Source: Bugula neritina (Eukaryota; Animalia; Bryozoa). From it: a stretch of DNA of 64,000 nucleotides. The notes beneath the pieces are model-generated. The model did not search any database and was not told the DNA's origin. It was given only the letters and a program-made list of their open reading frames with translations. The DNA lies in the NCBI GenBank assembly GCA_964035545.1, contig OZ037772.1, positions 6,804,889 to 6,868,888 of the forward strand. Direction: 5' to 3'. The translations under genes and the position numbers were made by a program. Shown in pieces: positions 11,805-23,800 of the stretch; position 1 is the first letter of the stretch; each line of letters starts with the position of its first letter.

Positions 11805-14800
11805 ATGGCTGCCCAGCAACTCCCAGAAGGGTATGAATGTGGTTATTGTGTTTCTAAGAGGGATGACATGAGAGATCCAAGAAAGCTGCCCTGTCAGCAT
11901 GTATTTTGTTTGGGTTGTATTCAAGGACATTACAGTAAGCATAAAACTGTGACCTGCCCTACTTGTGGGTGAGTAATATGTATATCAGTGACTCCCAGTC
12001 TTTTTCATACTATTCCTCTGTTTTATAAAATATGTTGACTATTTGATGTATTTCCCCCCTTTCAACAGCAAAAATATTTTACGGCTTAAACTGATCGAAA
12101 ATACATGATACAATGCAATATGCTGTGTTCTATTATATATTTGTATATAACATAGTTATAGAGATGATAATATTATAATTATTTTCATGTTATAAAACAT
12201 AGAGCAGCTTAATTATTATTATTATGGCTTCAGTTGATGCTTTTGTGCCAGCTTGCTTAAGCCTGGCTCTGTTTTTGACCAAACCCATCTTAAGTCACTC
12301 TGCAGGTTAAGGCAGTTTCTTTTCTTTTTGAATTGATGCAAATTCTACCTCGCATGGATAGGTGGTGCTGGATAGCACCAAAACTTTGCTTTGTCAGCTA
12401 TGTTTGGGAAGCGTTTGCTTTTTGAAACCCAGAATGGCTTTAGGTAAACATGGTGCATGCAAAAATGGCATGCAGGTAATAATGGCACAAATAGAAAAGT
12501 AGGTAAAAATGGCAGACTCATATTAAATTGTTTTCATATCTAAACCCCAAACCCCCCTCCCTTCCTATCTCAAACCTCCACCCCAAACTCCAGAACCTCA
12601 AGTACAAACCCAAAATCCTCACCTCATGCAAACCCCACCTTCAAACTTCAAACATCAGCCAATTATTGAAAACATGTAATATTTTACCTCTTTTCCCATC
12701 TGTGCCATTTCTACTGGACACTACCAACAATATATCAACTAGAAGAGATTTCAAATCACTTTTCATTGTTGAATTGTTAACCAACTCAATGAAATTCTCC
12801 TATAATTCCTCTGAAAACTTTTTAAAACAGTGTTGCAATGGGTCACATGTCAAGTTACAAATCTAGCTCTTTCTTTTTGGGAGGTAGGACAGAGAAATAC
12901 TGTTAAAACTTCATTAAAAGTTTATAGAGATGCCTAGATTTGTTTTTGAAAAATGAACTTGAACAGGTGGTGTCTGGTAAAAATGGCACTGGTAAAAATG
13001 GAACAAATGGAAAATTAGGTAATAATAGTACATTTTCAATATATTATAAGGATTGAAGATTAGAGTTGGGGGAGAGTAGGCGTTTAGGATGAAGGGTTTA
13101 GAGGTTTGGGTTTGGGAAAACTTAAGACCAGTGTGGGATTTTTACCTGTGCCATAATTTTTACCTAAAATCGGAACAGGTTCTTTGTTTATGAAAGTTCA
13201 TTGAGTGTGGGGAAAAACACTCTCTTTTTCATAAAGACGCCACCAGTTCATGCAGTGTAACTTTAAAAACATTGCTGCTATGAAAAGCAATGATATAACT
13301 TGTGATGATTGCACTCCTACATTGTTAGGTTTAGATTATTTAGTGTAACAAATTATATTAACTAGGAATGTAGTAAACAGTTCATAGAGATTGATTTGCA
13401 TGGCTGCTAAAAGTTGGCCTGTTGGCTTTTCCATTTTTTTCATTTTCATTCAAAATAGCACAAAGAGTAGTTAGGGTGAAGTAATTAATAAATACACTCA
13501 TGTAGAAGTAAACTGAATTGGCGAAATATTATGATTGGTTAAATAGATGAACTAAGAGGAAATTTGTAGATATACATATATGCATGTAACTTGCCTTCAA
13601 CAAATTGTGCGAAGTTTTCGAAGTCCAAGTTCCCCCATAAAATTTCCAAATTCTCCCTAGATGGGACTTCCTCCCAGGTTAGAAACCACTGATATATATG
13701 ATTAGGTCTCTCAACTAGTTATATAATTACATCATCATCAAAAGAGTTTTAGTTGTCTTTGTGTTGACTCCTAGTAGCTAAAAAGGCTACATTTTCTATG
13801 AATTTAGATGTTTAATATAATTTTAGACTTCTACCCAAAACTATAAAACTTTTATAAATTAAAAATAAAAAAATATATTTGTACACACATGCAAACATTT
13901 TGTATTATCTCTATAATTGTGGCTTGTATACTATACCAAAAAGAAATAACATTTATTTCCTATTTAATACATAGCAAATATAATTTTCATATACAGGTTA
14001 TAGTTAAATTTATTTAGTTAACTTTGTTTTTCGAAATATCCACACTTATAAATTTTAGAGAAGTGTATGAATCACTGGAGTTTGAGGGTTTACCAAAGAT
14101 TCCCATAGCAGCTGGTGACTCTAGCACACTGTACTGTACAGCTCGTGGATGCCCAGGTCAAATAGCTACATGTTACTGTGCGATATGCAAAGGCAGGTTC
14201 TGTTCTCAGCATCAAGAGGTGAAATAATTTTCTCCTTTCGCCTTATTTTGTATAGGGCAAAGGGAAATTTTAGTCTTTAAACTATTTTTAGTGCATTTTT
14301 ATACAAAATTTGAGGTTATGCTTAAAATTTTGCAACAGTGATTAATGGTAATGTTACAAAAATGAAGCCGGAAAAGTAACAGCATGCAGATGGAAAATAA
14401 TTTTGTTGAAATTATTGATTTCCCATTTCACCTTTATAACAAAATTATGTTAACATATAGATAATTGCAATTGTTGGTTGTTTTAAAACTTATAACTGAC
14501 AAATGTTTACTAATTGAATTCATTATAGGAGCCTTTTTCTCTTTCATCTGTAGAGTATCTTAAATCAAAGTAAAGTAAACTTGCGAGCATCATAAAGCAT
14601 CTGTTACTGCTTGTCTCTTCATTTGAATGGTTACATAATCAGCTGAAAAGAGCACATTTTAGATCAAATTTATTGTCTGTTTTAAATGAAATGTTTAGCT
14701 TTTAAAGTATATGCTGCTTTAGGAAGTTTGAAGGAGAGTGCATCTTTGAACGAAATTGGTCTTTTATAGAATGTGCACTATATAAGTTATAGTAACCTAT

Positions 14801-17800
14801 TGACTGCACGTGGCAAATAAACAGTGACAATTATACAACAACCTTAATATTATGTCATGTGTGATCATATGAATAGGACAGATACTTTTTTTAAAAATGC
14901 ATATGCTTTTTCAACAACTTTAATGAAATCACTTCAAAAAATTGTATCTCACATTCTAGGTTCATAAGACACTCTTTGATGACTCTCACAAAGCCGTGGA
15001 CATTGATGTCTACAAGAGATCACCTGCTAGTTTTGATAAACCTAGATGTGAAGATCATCAAGAGGTTTTAGTGAGAGCTTGTACGATATGTGATAAACTG
15101 ATCTGCTTTGAGTGTGAGCTTGACGAATACGACTGCACAGGTCATTGGCCATTTGCTGGGTGTAAGTTAGTACATTAGCTCTAGCTAATAAATTACTCTT
15201 GGTAGTAGCCGGATACAAATCGTTTTATTAGCACGTTAAATACAACACATAAACATTACATTTATTCACGATTATACAATAACAATACAATGCATGTATT
15301 CAATGCGAGTCCTCACTCAACAACAACCTAGCCGCGGGAACTCTCACTAGTTATATGCTTGATCCCAGACTCTTCCTATTGGATAATCCATGTGACCCCT
15401 CGCCTACGCGGTATGTTATTCCAATATTCCCACCAACAAGGGGGAGACAACACTTGCCGTGATTATATTATGTAAACCATCACACAGCTTTAGACAAAGG
15501 AAAAATAATACAATTTATCTTTTAATTATACAGTAATTTTATGCAAAATTCCTATATGATCATTTACTTTGTGCATTGCATTTAATACTACTTATCTAGG
15601 TAATTGACAGGATACTAATGACTAGGTGCATAAGGCTTGCATCCAAACTGCCCATTCATAATTTACTTGACGTTATTTACTTTCCTGATTCTTTGATCAT
15701 TCATTTGACTTTTAGGAATGTGTAATATATTTTATATTGCTCTTAAAAGTCTTTTTTGCATTATAAAACACCAAAGATGGAAACATATATTATGTGCATT
15801 ATGCGTATGCAAATTTAAGCTTCCATGCAGTTGCAGTTACAATTAAATACAGCATTCCACAAAAAATTTTGTCTATATGTAGATCAAGAAAAACATGATT
15901 TTAAATCTCTCACATCACTGAAGGAAGAGGTGAACACCTACTTTTCTAGTCAGCTGCAAGAAATAGCTGAAAGGATTACCGAGATATGTACTTTGGACAA
16001 GAAAGTTTGGAATGATCTTGATAATCAAGAACAGAAGTGTTCAGATGTTATAAGAGAGGTAGAAAAAGTCAGAGATGAGATGGTGAGTATAATTAGTCAT
16101 ATTTTTGCAAAACTATTTGAGTCAGTTTACTTCATTTGGTACACACCAGAAAATTATGAACTAACATTAAAGTGTGCTTAAAATGCATTGAAATTTACTA
16201 TACATAGTATTTTTATGCGCTGGTTTTAACTAGGCATAACAGAAAAGGTTAGGAGGGGATTCCCCAACCTTAAAGCACAGGACATTGTCACATGCACTTA
16301 TTATTCTATATCAAAAACCAAAAACAACCTTGACTATTCAGTTGTATTTATTGATTATATTATGCAATTAGTTTTAGGCAAAAAACCTACATATATATTA
16401 GCAGCTAAATGAAGAAAAATAGCTAAAACTGGAGATTTCGAGTTTGCACTAAATTAAGTAAAATAACCCTCATAGTTTCCTTTTGTGACACATTTTTAAA
16501 GTACCAACATTTGTATACATGTACGGATCCTTAAATTATTAAACTTTAGAAAACAAATTAAGTTAACATTAACAATGTGTGATAAATTTAATATCACTAC
16601 ACAGGATAGTTAAGGGCATCCTCACTAAGAATATCATAAATATCTCTCAAAATGTAGTTCAGGTTCTTGAATAATACTGCTCTGCGAGTGGCATGCGTGT
16701 TGCCTACTTGCAATTGTTTAGCCTAAGATCAAACTACAACCAATAGGCAGCAATCCTCATTAGGGCTGCGTCATCTATCAACATTTCATTATGGGTGCTA
16801 CATAAACAAAGTACAAAGCAAGCTATCCATTATAGCCTGCCAGCTAGCTGCAAACCTGCAATTAGTATGTACGCTCCAATATCTTCTCACCTCTGATAGT
16901 TAAGGGCAACCTTTTAGCTGCAACTGCCTTGCTGAGGTTTGCATTGTAATCATATAAGAATTCAGTACCAGTAAAATAAAATCTCACCTAATTGTGTTAG
17001 AGTCAAAATTTAAAAAACTATGTTGTAGATCTTTTTTTTCCCCAGCGTAAATTTTTTGGAAAATTCAATTTTCATTTTTTTTGCAAAATTATAGACAAAA
17101 AACTGCCCAATTTTGGCCAATTTTGTCTGAAAAGCTGACTTTTCAGTACCAGTAAAATATCTCTGCAGCAAAACATGATATCTTAATAAAATTTGCACTG
17201 TACGTTGGAATCCTGAGATATTTCTCCGGTGCAATTTTTTTTCTTTTTCCAATAAATCATCTATATTGTTCATAAATTGGTGATTTATACACTGAAAATG
17301 CTATATTTTTTCATAGATAACTAGCAGCTCGCAGCACTTCACGCTTCAATGAGCACGTAGAGGTGAGAAGATATTGGAGCGTACATACTAATTACAGGCT
17401 TGCTAGCTGAAAGGCTATAATGAATAGCTTGCTTTGTACTTTGTTTATGTAGCACCCATAATGAAATGTTGATAGATAACGCAGCCCTAATGAGGATTGC
17501 TGCCTATTAGTTGTAGTTTGATCTTAGGATAAACAATTGCAAGTAGGCAACACGCATGTCACCCGCAGAGCAGTATTATTCAAGAACCTGAACTACACTT
17601 TGAGAGAAATTTATGATATTCTTAGTGAGGATGCCCTTAACTATCCTGTAAAGTATTTGTAATAGCATCTTTATTAATGTGATATGTTTTGAAAAGTTAA
17701 TTACTATGATATTATATTTTAAAATTAGACAGCAACACCTAAATATCGGAGTAAATGCTTTATACATATACTAGAATACAGAATTCACTCGTGACAACTA

Positions 17801-20800
17801 AGATATGAAAGTATTCCGTGTTTATACCCAATAAGCTGAATTGAAAGTTTTGTTGGTGTAAACAAAAAATTATTCAGTGAACCCAAATCTAACTTTACTC
17901 AATAAACTCTTAGTGATAAACTAATCCAGAATTCAAATTGAACATTTCACATCAAGAGATTTTCTATTTTTGCTCGATGTTTTCAAACCAAACAGGAAAG
18001 CATGTATAAAAATTAAAACAATTATTTTTCGGTAAATTAAAGTTTTCTGCAACTAAAAAGCTTTTTATTGAACTAATCAAAGTTTACTAAATGAAGTCTG
18101 AGCTTGAAACAAAGCTGAAAATGTAATGAAGTCAAAATGTATTTATATAAACCGAGTAAATTGTTTTTTTCAAATGCATACTTTGTTTACACAAAAGCAA
18201 TATTAAAAGGGATTTTAGCATTTCATTAATTGTATGTTATATTGAAAGGGTAACTCTAGGTCGACTTATTATATGAGGCCAACAGCATCAGGTCGACAGC
18301 ATCAGGTCGACAGGATGGCACCACCATGACAACCAATCAAGAGTAACTAGTAATTAGTAGTAGGCGGAGCTGTAAATGTATTGTTAGACAGCTTCACCAG
18401 CAGAGTGGATTGGAACTTGATCATATAAAGTTGTGTATAAATCGCTCTATTATTATGTAATCATGTGCATTAGTGTTAGTAACTTTTATTGCTGTATAAT
18501 TCGTAAATAATAAACTCTATTCAATTGTGAGAAACCTGGCGAAGTGGCTTTGAATAAGTAGACCCACTAATTATAGCGAATCGTAAATACACTACAGTGG
18601 TGGCAGCGGTGGGATCTCGCTCATTGCAAATACTCCTAGCCAGGGAGTAAAAAATGGCCGACGACGAAGACGTACCCCGTCAGGAACCGATAGTGATGGA
18701 GGAGGATAACATAGGCAGCCAAGCGCTACCTATGAACAGGTACCATTTGCGGGCTCCCATCTTCTCAGGAGAAGAGGATGTGGAGCAATTTATCACTGAG
18801 TTCAGTGATGTGGTAGCCATTTGCAGATGGCCAGTCAGGGTTACTCTGATACAGCTATGGTTGTGTATGACAGGGCCGGCTAAACCCTATGGGTTAGGCC
18901 AGGACATCGGCAATATATTCGAGGCATTGAGAGCCCAGTTTGAGCTAACTGCTCGAGATGCTCGTGTGCAGCTCCAAGGGCTTAGGAGAAACCCTAAGAC
19001 TACCTTGAGAGAGCACGCAACCACGGTAGAACAGCTAGCACAAGTCGATTATAGCGACTAGCCTGCTGATAGTCGACAGAGCTTGGCACTGGATGCATTC
19101 CTCCAGTCTATTAATAACCTCGGATTGAAGCAACACCTGCTGGTGGCTGAGGTTGAGACTATGGAGTGAGCTCTCAGGCTTGCAAATGCCTATTTCCAAG
19201 CCGACAGTACGTGCCGGCCTGGTATGACAATACAGCAAGTCGGAGCCGACGACGACGTGTCGACGTCGCCGGCGACGACAGCTATATATATCGCCATGGC
19301 GGCAGCCGACGGGGTGACTAGCTTGACAATAAGCTTGGTTCGGGAGCTGTTAGCCGAGATCAGGCAACTACGCCAGCAGTCGACGACCGAGCGACCTAGG
19401 GGCCCCGTATGCTGGGGTTGTGGTAAAGGTGGGCACTTCATATGAAGTTGCCCCCATGGTAGAGCGAGGCAGTAAAACAGCATTGGCCCACGGTAGCCTG
19501 GAACCATATGAAGGGGAGCATGGCACGTTGGCAGACGAGTAAAGTATTCCTTTTTACAGTGTGATAGAGTTGATTGGTCGAGTCCGCGATCAAGTGACCA
19601 GTGAGACTTTTATCGTCAGTCAACTCAAGGAGGACGCCATCTTGGGCATGCGCTTTCTGAAACGACACAGATGCCACATAGACTTTAACAATTTGGCAGT
19701 GGTGATGGCCATACGCGAGCTGGCCTGTGTCGACAGATTTGGCCGACCCTTGGTGGGGGGAGTGCTGGTGGCGCAGCGTTGTACTTTACTAGGGTGCTTT
19801 TGGGCTACAGTTCACTGCAGAGTGAACTGTAGGAAAATCTTCAACCCAGGAGTGGTGGAAGGTGCGTTGGGGGCCGTCCAGCTCGCTAACACTCTGAATA
19901 GGCTGAATGAGCAGGGGGAGTTCTTGGTCCTGTGCATAAATCCTTTTACACAGCCGGTAGAATTGCCTGCTGGGTCACTGGTGGGGAGGTTCCACTTCGT
20001 ACAGGAGGAGGATGTCGGTTCCGCGCTGGAAACAGCGGACGAGGCCCGAAGGGTACCCGTTAAAGACGGCAGGGGGCCGGTGCCTGAACACGTAGCAGAG
20101 TTACAAAAGTACAAGGTCGTGTTCAGCTGCGGCGATCATGACATGGGCCTAGTTAAGGCTGTCTGTCATGAGATACCCTTGGTGGCAGGGACGGTGCCTA
20201 TCCAGCAACCAACCCGCCGGTTAGGTCCTGAGAAGGAAAAGGAAGTGAGCCGACAGGTGCAAGACCTTCTTAACCAGGACGTGATTGAGCCGGGCCATGG
20301 GGCTTGGAGTTTTCTAGTTTTGCATGGATTATCGCAAACTGAACAGCGTGACCATCCAGGATGCTTACCCTCTCTCTATGATCAATGAGTCGCTAGATGC
20401 CTTAGCTGGTAGCAAGTTCTTCAGTATTCTGGACTTGTTAAGCGGGTATTGGCAGGTGCCCCTGAGTCCTGATGCACAAGACAAGGCCGCATTTATTACG
20501 CGGATAGGCTTTGGAAATGGAAGGTACTGCCGTTCGGACTTGCGTTCGCACCGGCCTCATTCCAGCGACTCATGGAGCAGGTCCTGAGTGGGCTACACTG
20601 GAAGACCTTGCTCATCTATCTCGATGATGTCATAGTCATCTCTCCCGACTTTGACACTCATGTCAGTCGGCTCAGAGAGGTGTTTGGCAGACTTTGAGCT
20701 GCTGGTCTGCAACTCAAGCCCTCTAAGTGTGCGTTACTGAAACGCGAGGTTAGGTACCTGGGTCATGTGATTGGTCGAGACGGGGTCGCCAATGACCCCG

Positions 20801-23800
20801 AGAAGGTACGAGCTGTTAGGAACTGGGCTGTCCCTGTCGACCTCCCTGAATTGCGGGTATTCCTGGGACTGGTAGGGTACTATCGTCAGTACATACCGGA
20901 TTTTGCAGGAATTGCACAGCCATTAAATTGGCTGACAGCAAAGGGGCTGCGATGGCAGTGGACCCAGGGTGGGCAGCAAGCAATTGACCACCTGAAGGAT
21001 AGCCTAGTGGAGGCGCCCATCTGGGTGTACCCGTATCCGGCGAAGGAATACATTTTGGATACTGATGCCAGTAACCACAATGTGGGGGCTGTGCTGTCTC
21101 AGGTCCAGGATGGTCACGAGGTGGTGTTGGCTTACTATAGTAAAGCCCTGTCGGCGCCTGAGAAGAACTACTGTACAACCAGGAGAGAGCTCTTGGCAGT
21201 AGTCAAGGTGGCTAAGCGCTTTAGACCATATTTGTATGGGCGTACGTTCCGATTATGAACGGATCATCTGTTTTTGATATGGCTGTGTCGACGGGCTGAA
21301 CTATCTACCAAGTGGCACGATGGCTGGAAATGCTGGCAGAGTTTTCTTATCGGATCGAACACCGAGCCGGTAAGAAATACGGTAACACAGGATAGTTAAG
21401 GGCAACCTTTTAGCTGCAACTGCTTTGCTGAGGTTTGCATTGTAATCATATAATAATTCAGTACCAGTAAAATAAAATCTCACCTAATTGTGCTAGAGTC
21501 GAAATTTAAAAACTATGTTGTAGATCTACTTTTTCCCCAGTGCAATTCATTTTTGGAAATATCAATTTTAATTTTTTTTGCAAAGTTATAGACAAAAAAC
21601 TGCCCAATTTTGGCCAATTTTGCCTGAAAAGCTAATTTTTCAGTACCAGTAAAATATTTCTGCAGCAAAACATGATATCTGAATAAAAATTGCACGGCTG
21701 GAATCCTGAGATATTTTTCCAGTGCAACTTTTTTTTCTTTTTTCAATAACTCTTCTAGATTGCCCACAAATTGGTGATTTATACACTGAAAATGCTATAT
21801 TTTTTCATGAGAAACTAGCAGCGCGCAGCACTTCACGCTTCAATGAGCACGTAGAGATGAGAAGAAATTGGCACTTACACACTAATTACAGGCTTGTTAG
21901 CTGGCAGGCTATAATGAATAGCTTGCTTTGTACTTTGTTTATGTAACGCCCATAATGGAATGTTGATAGATAACGCAGCCCTAATGAAGGTTGCTGCTTA
22001 TTGGTTGTAGTTTGATCTTAGGCTAAGCAATTGCAAGTAGGCAACACGCATGCCACCCGCAGAGCAATATTATTCAAGAACCTAAACTAAATTTTGGGAG
22101 AAATTTATGATATTCTTAGTGAAGATGCCCTTAACTATCCTGTGCTCACTAAGAATATCATAAATTTCTCTCAAAATGTCGTTTAGGTTCTTGAATAATA
22201 TTGCTCTGCGGGTGGCATGCGTGTTGCCTACTTGCAATTGTTTAGCCTAAGATCAAACTACAACCAATAAGCAGCAACCTTCATTAGGCCTGCGGTATCT
22301 ATCAACATTCCATTATGGGTGCTACATAAACAAAGTACAAAGCAAGCTGTTCATTATAGCCTGCAAGCCAGCAAGCCTGTAATTAGCATGTATGCACCAA
22401 TATCTTCTCATTTCTACGAGCTTTTTGAAGCGTAAAGTGCTGCCCGCTGCTAGTTTCCGATGAAAAAATATGGCATTTTCAGTGCAAAAATCACCAATTT
22501 GTGGGCAATCTAAAAGAGTTATTGGGAAAAAAGTTACCCTCGAAAAATATCTCAGAATTCCAGCAGTGCAATTTTTATTCAGATATCATGCTTTGCTGCT
22601 GAGATATTTTACTGCTACTGAAAAGTCAGCTTTTCTGGCAAAATTGGCCAAAATTGGGCAGTTTTTTGTCTATAACTTTGCAAAAAAATTGAAAATTGAA
22701 ATTTCCAAAAAAATTACCCTGGAGAAAAAAAATGATCTACAACATAGTTTTTAAATTTTGACTCTAGCACAATTAGGTGAAATTTTATACTACTGGTACT
22801 GAATTCTTATATGATTGCAATGCAAACCACAGCAAGGCAGTTGCAGCTAAAAGGTTGTCCTTAACTATCCTGTGTGTCAGCTAGTAGGATACTCATACTA
22901 TATTATATTGTATATTATTATGCTTTTACTGTTATATTATTTTTCAAATTTTGAGCGAATAATGGAGTGTACCTTTCAATAGGTGTGGAGGGTGTAAGGG
23001 ATTTTAGCATTGTATTAATTGTATGTTATAACGAAAGGGTAACTCTAGGTCGACTTAGTATATGAGTCCGATAGCATCAGGTCGACAGCATCAGGTCGAC
23101 AGCATCAGGTCGACAGGATGGCACCACCGTGACAACCAATCAAGAGTAACTAGTAATTATTAATAGGCGGAGCTGTAAATGTATCGTGGAAGCTTGTTAG
23201 ACAGCTTGGCCAGCAGAGTGGATTGGAACTTGATCATATAAAGTTGTGTATAAATCGCTTTATTATTATGTAATCGTGTGCATTAGTGTTAGTAACTTTT
23301 ATTGCTGTATAATTCGTAAATAATAAACTCTATTCAATTGTGAGAAACCTGGTGAAATGGCTTTGAATAAGTAGACCCACTAATTATAGTGAATCGTAAA
23401 TTCACTACAATATTTTAGATTAAGAGAATAACCAATGAGAGTCAAAAGCTGATTAACAGAGTTACAAACCACAAAGGAGAGGTGACCAATCAAGTGGAAG
23501 ACTTCTGCAACAAGCTAATGTTGAAGAAAGATGAGTTGGAGAAGACGCAAGCTGAGGTACATAGTTTGCTAAAAAATGGCCATGTGACTGAGAAGATCAG
23601 ACAGAAAAAGAGAATAGCAGAAGAGCTGGAGAGACATGATGCAGATAACCTGTATGATTGTGAACTTGCTGATCTACCAGATCTGATACATACAGGTGAG
23701 CTGTTACTAAGGAAGAAGTGGAATTTGTGTAATGCTGGCTCTTCTGAGGTAAAAATAGTTGCAACCAGGTTTCAAGGTTCCAAAACTGAAAATACAATTT

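Larger units (their letters stand above)
18204..23409 (+). mobile_element. Ty3/Gypsy LTR retrotransposon, degenerate, integrase deleted
   Basis: LTRs 18204-18596 and 22993-23409, TSD ATAT, PBS, purine-rich tract at about 22980-22992. gag 18654-~19500 with a CWGCGKGGH knuckle, RT (LDLLSGYWQV, LIYLDDVIV), RNase H (YILDTDAS, NYCTTRRELLAVV); multiple stops and frameshifts. Confidence 0.96.

Noticed and set aside
17010-17273. Recurrent ORF (EK..FQ.KLAKIGQFFVYNFAKK) also at 21513-21767 and 22470-22754, which looks like a gene family
   Set aside because: It recurs only because it lies in copies of the CACAG element; starts and frames differ between copies and there is no recognisable domain.
21386-21420. 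TIR as a RAG recombination signal (CACAG heptamer start), implying somatic rearrangement of the TRIM locus
   Set aside because: Only 5 of 7 heptamer bases match, no nonamer at 12/23 spacing is evident, the TIRs do not abut exons, and no RAG1/Transib coding sequence was recognised.
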